Assembly: GCA_036918135.1 (NCBI GenBank)
Contig: JBALDB010000019.1
Coordinates: 1 to 42,834, forward strand
DNA length: 42,834 nucleotides
Direction of reading: 5' to 3'
Source of the DNA: Nostoc sp.
GTDB lineage: Bacteria > Cyanobacteriota > Cyanobacteriia > Cyanobacteriales > Nostocaceae
A model generated the notes under the pieces. That model was not told where the DNA came from. It did not search any database and saw only the letters and a list, made by a program, of their open reading frames with translations. This document shows positions 20,724 to 31,224 of the stretch, in pieces (position 1 is the stretch's first letter; each line of letters starts with the position of its first letter). The translations under genes and the position numbers were made by a program.

Positions 20724-20940
20724 ATCATGTTCGCTTTAATATATTTATTAAATCTAGAGAACCCTACCCCTTAGCAAGGAGAGGAGAGACAAAGCGTAGC
20801 TTTGATGGGGTAGAGTGCAATGACTATAGGAATTATAACTAAATATTTGAACTTGATATTACAAAGAATTTCAGAGGTAAAGGGCTAAAGTTTTTTTAAG
20901 TAATTGTAATTTACAAACTCATCTATGGTTAGCATTCTTT

Positions 20941-21960
20941 TTAATCTAATCCTTCTAGCAATTTAGCTACTTGCTCAGGATGAGGAAGCTGATTTTTTAA
21001 TTCCGGTGGTACTGTCGAAACAATTTTATAAGTTGCTATACCAATCGGTTTATTTGATTCTCTAAGTGCATACTCTACAATAGTTTTATCTTTAGATTTA
21101 CAAAGTATAATTCCAATTGAAAGATTTTCATCTGGTAATTTAGATAAATCATCTAAAGCAGCCAAGTAAAACTGCATTTTTCCTACATATTCAGGTACAA
21201 ACTCTCCAGTTTTTAACTCAATTGCAATTAAACACTTTAACTGACGATGATAAAACAATAAATCAATAAAAAATTCCTTTCCACCAACTTCTAAGCGATA
21301 TTGACTGCCGATAAAAGCAAACATCCCGCCCATTTCTTGTAAGAATGGCTCAACCCTAGCCAAAATTGCTTGTTCTAGCTGCCGTTCGCTGTGTTCGTCT
21401 GCCAATTCTAGAAAGTCAAAAGTATATTCATCTTTAATCGCAAGCTTGGCTTGATTACGAATGTATTCTGGAACAGTTTTATCAAAATTAGTTTGATTTA
21501 GTAAAGTTTTTTCATAGGTTTGATTTTCAAGTTGGTGAATTAAAACATTCTTTGTCCAACCAAATTTACGAGTCATTTTAAGATAAAATTCGCGTTCTAA
21601 GTCATCTTTACACTTTTCTAAAATTACTAAATTGTGAGTCCAACCAATTTCTGCCACCATTGGTTGCAGTTTTTCATTCTTGCTATATGTAAGGTAAAAG
21701 TTACGCATATTCCAGGTATTACGGGCAGAAAATCCGCTAATTCCTGGAAACTCTGCTTGTAAATCTTTTGCTAACTGTTCCACTACTGACTTCCCCCAAC
21801 TACTGCCCTGCTGTCTAGTGACAATCATTTGTCCAATTGTCCAGTAAAGGTTAATCATTTCTCGATTAACTGCCTTTAATGCCTGATATTGGGCTGAACG
21901 AATTAGTTGTTTTACTTCCATGAGTAAATTTGTGTAATCGTTAGTAATGGGGTTATTCAT
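20941..21960 (-). CDS. YhcG / DUF1016 PD-(D/E)XK nuclease-domain protein
   Basis: LYWTIG, WGKSVVEQLAKDL, KDEYTFDFL, FFIDLLFYH, IELK, GKMQFYL. Confidence 0.92.
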   Translation of the reverse strand: MNNPITNDYTNLLMEVKQLIRSAQYQALKAVNREMINLYWTIGQMIVTRQQGSSWGKSVVEQLAKDLQAEFPGISGFSARNTWNMRNFYLTYSKNEKLQPMVAEIGWTHNLVILEKCKDDLEREFYLKMTRKFGWTKNVLIHQLENQTYEKTLLNQTNFDKTVPEYIRNQAKLAIKDEYTFDFLELADEHSERQLEQAILARVEPFLQEMGGMFAFIGSQYRLEVGGKEFFIDLLFYHRQLKCLIAIELKTGEFVPEYVGKMQFYLAALDDLSKLPDENLSIGIILCKSKDKTIVEYALRESNKPIGIATYKIVSTVPPELKNQLPHPEQVAKLLEGLD

Positions 21961-22007
21961 AGAAGCAGTTCACTTTTGGTTAGTAATGCCAAATGAAGTG
22001 AGTCCTG

Positions 22008-22871
22008 TTAGCGTTGCAAAATTTGCTCAATCATCCGGTTAGCTTGAGAACCATAACCACCGCCAAATAAATTGAAGTGATTCAAGATGTGATACAGGTT
22101 ATAAAGTGTTTTTCTCTGCTGATAACCTTTATCTAAAGGGAAAACTTCGTTATAACCGTTGTAAAATGCTGCTGGAAAGCCACCAAACAATTCTGTCATC
22201 GCAATATCAACTTCGCGATCGCCAAAATAAGTCGCCGGATCGAATATCACTGGTTCTCCTGAGGCAGTACATCCAGCATTTCCACCCCACAAATCGCCAT
22301 GTACCAAGGAAGGCTGCACTTGATGCGCCAACAATTCAGGAATCGCCCCTAGTAGCTTATCTTGTTGCGGGAAATTACCTCCGCGCCGCTTTGCTAATTG
22401 AAATTGATAACCCAGGCGATGTTTGGTATAAAATTCCACCCAGTCTGCTGTCCAAGTGTTGATTTGAGGTGTGGAACCAATAGTATTATTAATTTTCCAA
22501 CCAAAACCTTGACTGCTGCTAGCTTTATGCATCGCTGCTAGTTTGCGTCCCATCTCTTGCCATGATTTGGTGTTACCGCTTCCCATTTCCAACCATTCAA
22601 GGACAATATAACTAGAATTATCAACCACACCCCAGCAAATAACCTTGGGAGTGCGAATACTAGCTGTTAGTAGCATTTCCTCTAAACCCAGCGCCTCAGC
22701 CTCAAACATTGCAACTTGCGAGGCTTGGTTTAACTTCACAAAGTAGGTTATTTGCCCATTGGAGACAGCGTAACCTTGATTGATGCACCCGCCACCAACC
22801 GATCGCCGTTGCTGGCTTTGAAATTTTTCACCTGTTATTTGGCTAATATGCGCGTCGATTTGAGTCCACAT
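22008..22871 (-). CDS. Fructosamine kinase family protein
   Basis: VGGGCIN, FEAEALGL, LVHGDLWGGN, FDPATYFGDREVD. Start placed at ATG 22871. Confidence 0.9.
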   Translation of the reverse strand: MWTQIDAHISQITGEKFQSQQRRSVGGGCINQGYAVSNGQITYFVKLNQASQVAMFEAEALGLEEMLLTASIRTPKVICWGVVDNSSYIVLEWLEMGSGNTKSWQEMGRKLAAMHKASSSQGFGWKINNTIGSTPQINTWTADWVEFYTKHRLGYQFQLAKRRGGNFPQQDKLLGAIPELLAHQVQPSLVHGDLWGGNAGCTASGEPVIFDPATYFGDREVDIAMTELFGGFPAAFYNGYNEVFPLDKGYQQRKTLYNLYHILNHFNLFGGGYGSQANRMIEQILQR

Positions 22872-22918
22872 CGTGCGATTTTGGATTTGAGATTTTAGAT
22901 TAATGACAACTGACAAAT

Positions 22919-24208
22919 TTACGGCTTCATTACAACTACACCATAAGCATCTGGGGAAAGATACTCTTTAGCTGCTTCCATTAAATCAATCGCATCTTGG
23001 TTCTCAATTCTTGCTGGGTAGTTAAATGCAGGTTCTAAATCTCCCACCAAAGATTGATAGTAGCCATACAACCCGGCGCGATCGCTTGGTGTTTCGTTAC
23101 CAAAGATAAATCTGTTGGCTACTCGCCGCCGCACACGGGCAATTTCTGATTCTGTTACCAACTGTGTATGTAAGTTGCGAATGTGTTGGGCGATCGCATC
23201 TTCTACTTGAGCTAAATTTTCCACTGCACATTTAGCTGAAATATAAAATGTTCCTTGTAACTGATGGCTCATGTTACTTACAGAAATTGAGGAAACTAAT
23301 TCTCGTTCTTCTCGTAAATCTTGCACTAGTCTTGATGTTCGTCCGTGTCCCAAAATTGCTGCTAAAACATCAAGTCCATAAGTTTTCTCTAACTCTATCA
23401 TTCCTGGAACCCGCCAAAGCATCACTAATCTGGCTTGTTGCAGGGTTTCATCTCTAAACTCTTGACGAACTATTTCCGTAAATGGTGATTCAAGCTCTAA
23501 AGACTCGATTAATCCCGTCTGCTTGTAGAAAGGCGATTGATCGCGTCTATAAACTTGTGTAAATCCTTCGCTAATGGTTGCAATTAATTCTTCTACAGGT
23601 AAATTACCCACAGCTACAGCAGTAATTGACTGGGGTTGATACCAACTAGCATGAAAATCACGCATTTGCTGGGGTTTTAGTCCACCAATGACTGATTCTG
23701 GCCCCAATACGGCACGCCGATAGGGTAACCTATCAAACGCTGTTTCCATCGCCCGTCTATAAGTGCGGCGGCGGGGATTATCTTCTGAACGTTTAATTTC
23801 TTCAAGAACTACTAATCGTTCGCGTTCAAAAGCATCATCAGGAATACTGGCATTAGATACTACATCTATTTGTAATGGTGCAAGTTCGGCAAAATCTTTA
23901 GGCGCAGTAGTTATGTAGTAATGAGTATAGTCTTGGCTAGTAGCGGCATTAGTCACAGCACCCCGTTCTTCAATTCGACGTTCAAATTCGCCGCTAGCCA
24001 GTTGTTCTGTTCCTTTAAAAATCATATGCTCTAAAAAGTGAGCCATGCCGTTAATTGCATCAGATTCTACAGCCGAGCCAACTTTTATCCATAAACTGAG
24101 GTTTACAGCATCAACTGGCATCTGCTCGGCTATGATTGTTAAACCATTCGGCAATTTATGCAGCTTTGGAGCATTTAGACGAGGAAGTTTGTCTAGAGTT
24201 GAGGTCAT
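22919..24208 (-). CDS. M16 (pitrilysin) family zinc peptidase
   Basis: GMAHFLEHMIFKG (HxxEH), NAATSQDYTHY, ERLVVLEE. Confidence 0.93.
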   Translation of the reverse strand: MTSTLDKLPRLNAPKLHKLPNGLTIIAEQMPVDAVNLSLWIKVGSAVESDAINGMAHFLEHMIFKGTEQLASGEFERRIEERGAVTNAATSQDYTHYYITTAPKDFAELAPLQIDVVSNASIPDDAFERERLVVLEEIKRSEDNPRRRTYRRAMETAFDRLPYRRAVLGPESVIGGLKPQQMRDFHASWYQPQSITAVAVGNLPVEELIATISEGFTQVYRRDQSPFYKQTGLIESLELESPFTEIVRQEFRDETLQQARLVMLWRVPGMIELEKTYGLDVLAAILGHGRTSRLVQDLREERELVSSISVSNMSHQLQGTFYISAKCAVENLAQVEDAIAQHIRNLHTQLVTESEIARVRRRVANRFIFGNETPSDRAGLYGYYQSLVGDLEPAFNYPARIENQDAIDLMEAAKEYLSPDAYGVVVMKP

Positions 24209-24291
24209 TACTACTTGTGTAGGAGGAGCTATGTTACTCCTTATATCTTATCCACGACTTATAGTAGTTTCCAGGTAAGTAATTAGACATA

Positions 24292-24501
24292 CAAGCCGAT
24301 ACATTAACAATGCAAGCCGATGCATTAACAGTGCAAGCCGATGCATTAACAATGCAAGTCAATGCATTAACAATGCAAGTCAATGCATTAACAATGCAAG
24401 TCAATGCATTAACAGTGCAAGCCGATGCATTAATAGTGCAAGCCGATGCATTAACAGTACAAGCCGATGCATTAACACTACAAGCTCATGCATTAACAAT
24501 G
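24292..24501 (+). repeat. Tandem repeat, 10 copies of a 21-bp unit (CAAGCCGATGCATTAACARTG)
   Basis: Directly visible; reads as (QADALTV)n in ORF 24310-24537. Confidence 0.95.
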
Positions 24502-24592
24502 CAGGGCGGATATTGTGATTCCAGTTCAAATGGATAAAAAACGCTGTAAAATTATTAATAGTAATATTAAGAATTATAAAAAATAAGTATCA

Positions 24593-26107
24593 ATGTCCAA
24601 GATTTCTGTTGAGAAAACTAAATCTCGTGTTGTCGTCATTGGTGCGGGAATCGGTGGACTGACTGCTGCGGCATTATTAGCTCATAGAGGTTACAGCGTC
24701 TTAATTTTAGATCGAGCGATCGTGCCGGGAGGTTGTGCTTCGACGTTTAAACGCCAAGGATTTACCTTTGATGTCGGTGCAACTCAAGTTGCAGGTTTGG
24801 AAGCAGGGGGAATTCACCACCGGATTTTCTCAGAATTAGAAATAGATTTACCAGCAGCGACACCTTGCGATCCTGCTTGTGCGGTGTATTTACCTGGAGA
24901 AAGTACGCCGATTAACGTTTGGCGCGACCCCGAAAAATGGCAACAGGAACGACAAAGGCAGTTTCCTGGTAGCGAACCATTTTGGCAATTGATGGCAACA
25001 TTATTTAATGTTAGTTGGGAATTTCAAGGACGCGACCCGGTACTACCACCACGTAATTTATGGGATTTGTGGCAGCTAATCCAAGCAATACGTCCCAGCA
25101 CATTAATTACTGTACCCTTTACTTTGCTCACAGTGGGAGATGCTTTACGGTTATGCAGAGTGGGAAATGAGCGACGATTGAGAACATTTTTAGATTTGCA
25201 ACTGAAGTTATATTCTCAAGTGAATGCAGAAGAAACAGCATTACTTTATGCAGCCACAGCCTTGAGTGTATCGCAACTGCCCCAAGGATTATTTCATCTC
25301 CAAGGTAGTATGCAAGTATTAAGCGATCGCTTGGTACAATCCTTAGAACGAGATGGCGGCAAATTATTGATGCGCCACACAGTAGAACAAATCAAAGTCG
25401 AAAACGGTAAAGCCACTGCTGTGGCGATTAAAAATCAAAAAACTGGCGAAGTCTGGACAGAAGCAGCCGACCATGTAATTAGCAATGTCACCGTCCAAAA
25501 CTTAGTGCAGTTATTAGGAGAAAATGCACCATCTGGTTATCAAAACAGAGTCGCAAAACTGCCCCAAGCATCAGGCGCATTTGTGGTTTATTTGGGTGTA
25601 GACGCCAGCGCTATTCCGCTGGAATGTCCGCCGCATCTGCAATTTATGTATGATGCCAATGGCCCCATTGGCGAAAATAATTCCTTATTTGTTTCCGTCA
25701 GTCATCCTGGAGATGGTCGCGCCCCTGAAGGTAAAGCGACAATTATCGCTTCATCATTCGTCGATCCTACACCGTGGTGGCAAACTCAAGATTATCCACA
25801 ATTAAAACAAAAGTATACCCAACAAGCGATCGCTCGTCTGGGCCAATATTTTTATCTCAAACCAGAAACAATTATTCACACAGAAGCCGCAACACCGCGT
25901 ACCTTTGCTGATTACACAGCCCGCGATCGCGGTATAGTTGGCGGTATTGGCCAAAGAATACCCACTTTTGGCCCTTTTGGGTTCGCCAACCGCACACCAA
26001 TTCAACATCTGTGGTTAGTTGGTGACTCCACCCATCCCGGCGAAGGTACTGCTGGAGTCAGTTATTCAGCCCTAACGGTAGTCAGGCAAATCGAAGCGCA
26101 AATGTAG
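24593..26107 (+). CDS. crtD: Carotenoid C-3',4' desaturase CrtD
   Basis: GAGIGG FAD motif, FTFDVGATQVAGLE, FLDLQLKLYSQ, GDSTHPGEGTAGVSYSA, typical of cyanobacterial CrtD. Confidence 0.85.
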   Translation: MSKISVEKTKSRVVVIGAGIGGLTAAALLAHRGYSVLILDRAIVPGGCASTFKRQGFTFDVGATQVAGLEAGGIHHRIFSELEIDLPAATPCDPACAVYLPGESTPINVWRDPEKWQQERQRQFPGSEPFWQLMATLFNVSWEFQGRDPVLPPRNLWDLWQLIQAIRPSTLITVPFTLLTVGDALRLCRVGNERRLRTFLDLQLKLYSQVNAEETALLYAATALSVSQLPQGLFHLQGSMQVLSDRLVQSLERDGGKLLMRHTVEQIKVENGKATAVAIKNQKTGEVWTEAADHVISNVTVQNLVQLLGENAPSGYQNRVAKLPQASGAFVVYLGVDASAIPLECPPHLQFMYDANGPIGENNSLFVSVSHPGDGRAPEGKATIIASSFVDPTPWWQTQDYPQLKQKYTQQAIARLGQYFYLKPETIIHTEAATPRTFADYTARDRGIVGGIGQRIPTFGPFGFANRTPIQHLWLVGDSTHPGEGTAGVSYSALTVVRQIEAQM

Positions 26108-26184
26108 GGTAGCACACCTATACGCTCCGACAACATATCTGTAGCCAGAATTTCATGAAACGCGATAAATCACACTTGTAACTG

Positions 26185-27348
26185 ATGACAAAAGAGATAA
26201 AAAACTGGTCAAATAAAGTTAGAGTTGCTAATGCTGGAGTAATGACAGACCGAGTTTTAATTCTTGGCGGACGGGGGCGGATTGGTAGCAGTGTTGCTCA
26301 GGATCTAGCTACCTATACGCAGGCACAAATTACAATTACTGGACGTTCTGCTGAGACTGGCAATAGCGTTAACTTATCTTCAAGTGGGCGAATAGAATTC
26401 TTAGTATTAGACTTAGCAGAAGTTGATAAATTAAGAGAAGCGATCGCTAACTCTAATTTAGTCATCCATTGTGCTGGGCCATTCCACTACCGAGATACTA
26501 ATGTTCTAGAAACTTGTATTGCTCAGGGCGTTAACTATATAGATGTCAGCGACCACCGTTCTTATACTAGTAAGGCTCTGAGTCATCATCAACAAGCTGC
26601 TGCGGCCGGAGTGACTGCGATTATTAATACTGGGATTTTTCCTGGTATTTCTAACAGCATGGTACGTCAGGGCGTTGAACAATTAGAGCAAGCAGAAAAG
26701 ATACATTTAAGTTATTTGGTTTCTGGTTCTGGTGGTGCTGGGATTACAGTCATGCGAACAACTTTTCTGGGATTGCAACATCCTTTTGAAGCTTGGATAA
26801 ATGGAAAATGGGAGAAAGTCGAGCCTTATAGTCAAAGGGAAATAGTTAACTTTCCACCTCCCTATGAAAGCAGTGGAGTTTATTGGTTTGATATGCCAGA
26901 AACCTTTACACTGCCCCATGCATTCCCATCAATCAAAACTGTAATTACCAAATTTGGTTCTGTACCCGATTTCTACAATCACATGACTTGGATTACAGCA
27001 CATATTTTTCCCAAGTGGTTAATGCAACGTCGTTATGCAATTGAATTTCTCTCTCATGTCAGCCATTTGATGACAGATGTCACTAATAATTTTAGTGGTA
27101 TTGGCGTAGCGGTTCGTTCTGAAGTTACAGGACAAAAAAATAATCAAACAGCCGTTTATTGTTCAAATTTAGTCTACGAAAATACAGCAGTTGCCTCTGG
27201 TTGCGGTACAGGTAGTATTGCTCAATTATTGTTAGAAGGTAAACTCAAAAAACCAGGTGTTTTTCCTGTGGAAGAAGCACTACCAACAGATTTATTTGAA
27301 GAGACGATGCAAAGCCGAGGAATTAAAATTAATCACAGTTGGTTATAA
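26185..27348 (+). CDS. Saccharopine dehydrogenase-like NAD(P)-dependent oxidoreductase
   Basis: VLILGGRGRIG, HCAGPF, YIDVSD, TGIFPGISN. True start may be ATG 26242. Confidence 0.85.
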   Translation: MTKEIKNWSNKVRVANAGVMTDRVLILGGRGRIGSSVAQDLATYTQAQITITGRSAETGNSVNLSSSGRIEFLVLDLAEVDKLREAIANSNLVIHCAGPFHYRDTNVLETCIAQGVNYIDVSDHRSYTSKALSHHQQAAAAGVTAIINTGIFPGISNSMVRQGVEQLEQAEKIHLSYLVSGSGGAGITVMRTTFLGLQHPFEAWINGKWEKVEPYSQREIVNFPPPYESSGVYWFDMPETFTLPHAFPSIKTVITKFGSVPDFYNHMTWITAHIFPKWLMQRRYAIEFLSHVSHLMTDVTNNFSGIGVAVRSEVTGQKNNQTAVYCSNLVYENTAVASGCGTGSIAQLLLEGKLKKPGVFPVEEALPTDLFEETMQSRGIKINHSWL

Positions 27349-27629
27349 GTTAATAAATTTTGTGGAAGATTTTCGATAAAGAATGAGTAAGAAATCAAAA
27401 TTTAGTATTAGTAAGGTGTGATGACCAAGCATACAGCAACATCACAATTTAAGGTTTGTTAGCCTTTGGAATAACACACCTTACATCTTAAGTTAAAAAT
27501 TAATATATCTTGCGGTGGAAGGAAGAACTGTACTTAAACAATTAGGATGCCTTTGAGCCTAAGAAATTGAATCTATTTATACATAATAAAGGCTCAAACT
27601 AAAAAATCACGATAAAGGAGAGTTTTTCC

Positions 27630-28010
27630 ATGCCCAATATTCTACTAACTTTAAAAAAAGCTTTACGAAGCTTCTTAATTGTTAGCTTAATGATGTTCGT
27701 CAGCTTGTCTGGTTCATTTATTTTGACTCCACAAGCTAGTTATGCAACAACACTCGAAGAATTGCAGCTAATACCTCGAGAATATAGACCAACTTCAGAA
27801 GAAAAAATTAACCGCGCTAACGAATATGACCCAGGTGTTGGTCTTCAAGAAGAAAATAAACAACAGTCTTATGAAGAAGCGGTAAAAGATGCTCAAAATC
27901 TGGGAACTATGGAGAAAGCTTACGAAAGAAATTTAAAGGCTGAAGGAAAGTCTGAGCCTAATTTACTTGAGAAAGCTGGAGAGTTAGTTGAAAAGGCGAC
28001 AAATAAGTAG
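27630..28010 (+). CDS. Hypothetical exported/membrane-anchored protein
   Basis: AGGAG RBS, hydrophobic N-terminus with ASYA cleavage-like site, charged helical body. Confidence 0.7.
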   Translation: MPNILLTLKKALRSFLIVSLMMFVSLSGSFILTPQASYATTLEELQLIPREYRPTSEEKINRANEYDPGVGLQEENKQQSYEEAVKDAQNLGTMEKAYERNLKAEGKSEPNLLEKAGELVEKATNK

Positions 28011-28088
28011 AAAATAGTAGGAATGGGAGACAATAACAATTTATTTACTCTTTTTTGTCTCTTCTTCACTTCTAAATCATTCATTAAA

Positions 28089-28121
28089 AAAATCCCAGTA
28101 TCTTGAAGATACTGGGATTTT
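28089..28121. terminator. Bidirectional intrinsic terminator
   Basis: AAAAATCCCAGTATCT-tga-AGATACTGGGATTTTT between convergent genes. Confidence 0.85.
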
Positions 28122-28153
28122 TATATATTTAATTATGAATCTCCAATTTATTG

Positions 28154-29452
28154 TTATTCAAACTCATCAATTGTGTCAGGAGGAGTATGCTTTGCGTACT
28201 TGGCGATGGTGCGTTCATACCACTTCATTAAGGGAGTCGCGGTAATTCCATGTATAATCACAGAAACTACAATAGTAGTGTAAATTATCCAGGAAATTTG
28301 CTCCCCAACTTTGCCTTCTAAGCCTTTACCAAACGCATAGGCAAGGTAATATAGAGAGCCAACACCGCGAATCCCAAACCAACCGAATAATAAACGTGTT
28401 CCTGGGTTCAAGCTGCGGCGGTGAGAATATATAGGACGTTTTCCTATTGTACTAATCCAGACTCCTACAGGTCGGATAATTACAAACAACAAAAATACCA
28501 CTAGCAAAGATTGAGGAGCATAGTTGAGCATCGGCTTAACTAATAATATCGACCCCAATATTAAAATTGTGCCGATTTCTAAGAGCTTTTCCATTCGCTC
28601 GATAAATTCTAATTGTTCCAGTGGTTTCTCCGAATTTCTGTAACTGCGCTGAACCACTAACCCAGCAACAAATACAGCTAAAAATCCATAGCCATTAACA
28701 ATTTCTGTCAAAGAATAAGTTAACAAAATTGTAGCGATCGCCACAAAATCTTCCATCAACTCATCAACCTGACGACGTTTTTGGATTTTTTGATCTAACC
28801 AAACTACTACTTTCGCAACAAAAAATCCCATGACAATCCCAGCAGCGATCGCCCAAATTAAATCAACTAAAATCCACTGTTTAAACCAAGCGCCCCAATT
28901 ATCATTTTTTAGAGCATAAATCCCAAAATAAACAAACGGAAAAGCTAAAGCATCATTCAACCCACCTTCAGAAGTTAAACCAAAGCGTAACTCATCTTTA
29001 TCTTTAACATCAGTCAATTGAACTTCGGAAGCTAATACTGGATCGGTTGGGGCGAGAATTGCTCCTAATAAAATCGCTTCTCCCCAATTCATACCTAAAA
29101 AGAATTTACCTACAGCAGCTAAGGCAAAAATTGAAATTGGCATTAAAAATCCAATAAGTCGGGCTGTAATTCCCCAAACTTCTAACTTGAGAGGACGAAC
29201 AATTCTTAAGCCGCAGCTAAACACAGAAATAACTACTACGAGTTCTGTGAGCTTTTCTAAGAATTCAGCATTGAACACTTCATCTCGACGTAGTTGAATC
29301 AGTCCGAAGCCATAAGGCCCTAACAAAATACCAACAATCAGATAGATAATTGCGAAAGAAAGAGGTAATCGAGTAATCCAACCCGACCCCAAGGTGACCA
29401 TTAGCAAAAGGAGACCAACTACAAGTAGGTCAATAATATAGATATCTACCAT
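28154..29452 (-). CDS. Cation:proton antiporter (CPA1/NhaP type)
   Basis: Polytopic; LAPTDPVLA, SEGGLNDALAFPF, GWFGIRGVGS. Confidence 0.9.
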   Translation of the reverse strand: MVDIYIIDLLVVGLLLLMVTLGSGWITRLPLSFAIIYLIVGILLGPYGFGLIQLRRDEVFNAEFLEKLTELVVVISVFSCGLRIVRPLKLEVWGITARLIGFLMPISIFALAAVGKFFLGMNWGEAILLGAILAPTDPVLASEVQLTDVKDKDELRFGLTSEGGLNDALAFPFVYFGIYALKNDNWGAWFKQWILVDLIWAIAAGIVMGFFVAKVVVWLDQKIQKRRQVDELMEDFVAIATILLTYSLTEIVNGYGFLAVFVAGLVVQRSYRNSEKPLEQLEFIERMEKLLEIGTILILGSILLVKPMLNYAPQSLLVVFLLFVIIRPVGVWISTIGKRPIYSHRRSLNPGTRLLFGWFGIRGVGSLYYLAYAFGKGLEGKVGEQISWIIYTTIVVSVIIHGITATPLMKWYERTIAKYAKHTPPDTIDEFE

Positions 29453-29835
29453 ATAACAAAATATATAAAAATTAGGTGTTACTTCGTCAGCTTAGTTGCA
29501 ATAGCTTATCATGAGGAATTACCTATAGGTAGATTTTCGGAAAAAACTATTTAACCTACATTTAACTAAAGACGGTTCAGATAAACCTAAAACTCTCATC
29601 TAGACAGGTGATAAATTGCATCTTCATCGACCAATCATCTCCACAAATAATCCTTAACCGAAGCATATTGATATTTAACTCAATTAAATAGATGTATATT
29701 GTTTTATTTGACTAAAAATTCCGAAATGCAGCAAAGCTACGCTGAATACTTAGAATATCAAGACTGAGTGGATACGTTAAGCTACAAAGCAAGCCTGCTG
29801 GAATTTAATTGAACTCAATCAACCAAATAAATGCC

Positions 29836-31104
29836 ATGAATGAAGAATTTTATCATAGAGGATTGTCCAAGGCTAAGCAGAAAGACTATGCAGGAGCAAT
29901 TGAGGAATTTAACCAGGCTATACAATTAACACCTTACTTTATCGAAGCTTATTTGCAACGAGGTTTGGCATACTATGACTCAGGAGTAATTCTCAAGGCT
30001 GTTTCAGATTATACCGAAGCGCTGAAGCTGAATCCTGAAAGTGTAGAGGCATACTATTGTCGTGCATTAGCAAGGCTGGCGCTGAAAAATTTGCCGGGAG
30101 CGTTGGAGGACGTTGAACGCGCTATACGTTTCAATCTCAGTTATGCTGCTGCTTATCAGCTACGGGGGATGGTGCGGCGCAAACAGGGTTATATTCAAGA
30201 TGCGATCGCTAACTTTAAAAAAGCTGCTGGGTTATATTTAGAGCAGCAAGACAAAGAGAATTGTCGTCTGTGTCTCGAACAAATTAAACAGTTACAACCC
30301 CAAGAATTACGTGCAATACAGCAGTCGCCTTCTGCAAATGCACCAATTTTATCCACAAAAGAATACTTCACCCAATTATTAGAAAAGGCTGAAAAAGGAG
30401 ACACCCAAGAGGCACTGGCCGATTTAAACTGGGTATTGAAAGCCGATCCGCAAGATGCCCAAGCTTACTGCTGTCGTGGGGTTGTGCGCTGCAAAATGGG
30501 TAATTATCGAGAAGCGATCGCAGATTTTAATCAAGCATTGCGACTAAATTTTCAAGATGCCATTGTCTATCGCAATCGAGGCAAAGCACGTTCTGTGTTA
30601 GGAGATCATCAAGGAGCGATCGCGGATCTTAATCAAGCACTCCAGATGCAACCTAAAGATGCTTTAGTGTATATTGCTAGAGGTAATGCCTATCGGGCAA
30701 CAGGCAATTATCTAGGTGCAATTCAGGATTACACCCAAGCACTGCAAATTAATCCTAATGATGCTCAAGCTTATTACAATCGCGGTATTGCCTATTCTTG
30801 CATAGAAGAAATGCAAAACGCCGTGGAGAATTATCAACGCGCAGCGAGTATTTTTTGCGAACAAGAAGACTGGGTAAATTATCAACAAGTCTTAAGTAGT
30901 CTAGAAAAAATTCATAAATTTAATCCAGAGTCTAAAAAGCAAAATTATAATTTACTGCGTCAGCGACTTTTGCGAATGGTCGGAGGATATTGGGAAATTG
31001 CCGAACGATTAATTGAGCAGAAGCAAGATTATTATCCAGGGATGTCAGACGAGTGGTATTTGCAAAAAGTAATTGATGATTTAGAACGCGATCGTGGTAT
31101 ATAA
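29836..31104 (+). CDS. Tetratricopeptide repeat protein
   Basis: Repeated AYxxRG...AIADFNQALxLNP units. Confidence 0.9.
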   Translation: MNEEFYHRGLSKAKQKDYAGAIEEFNQAIQLTPYFIEAYLQRGLAYYDSGVILKAVSDYTEALKLNPESVEAYYCRALARLALKNLPGALEDVERAIRFNLSYAAAYQLRGMVRRKQGYIQDAIANFKKAAGLYLEQQDKENCRLCLEQIKQLQPQELRAIQQSPSANAPILSTKEYFTQLLEKAEKGDTQEALADLNWVLKADPQDAQAYCCRGVVRCKMGNYREAIADFNQALRLNFQDAIVYRNRGKARSVLGDHQGAIADLNQALQMQPKDALVYIARGNAYRATGNYLGAIQDYTQALQINPNDAQAYYNRGIAYSCIEEMQNAVENYQRAASIFCEQEDWVNYQQVLSSLEKIHKFNPESKKQNYNLLRQRLLRMVGGYWEIAERLIEQKQDYYPGMSDEWYLQKVIDDLERDRGI

Positions 31105-31224
31105 AAGATAAATGCCACTATACACGTAAATTCACCCGTATAAGTCTACGGGTGAAAATGCGATTAATCGCTTATTATTTTACAATAAAAGTAAAAGCAC
31201 CTAAAATAAACAACATTTCAAACT

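Noticed and set aside
24292..24501. Possible CRISPR or guide array
   Set aside because: Pure tandem 21-mers without spacers.
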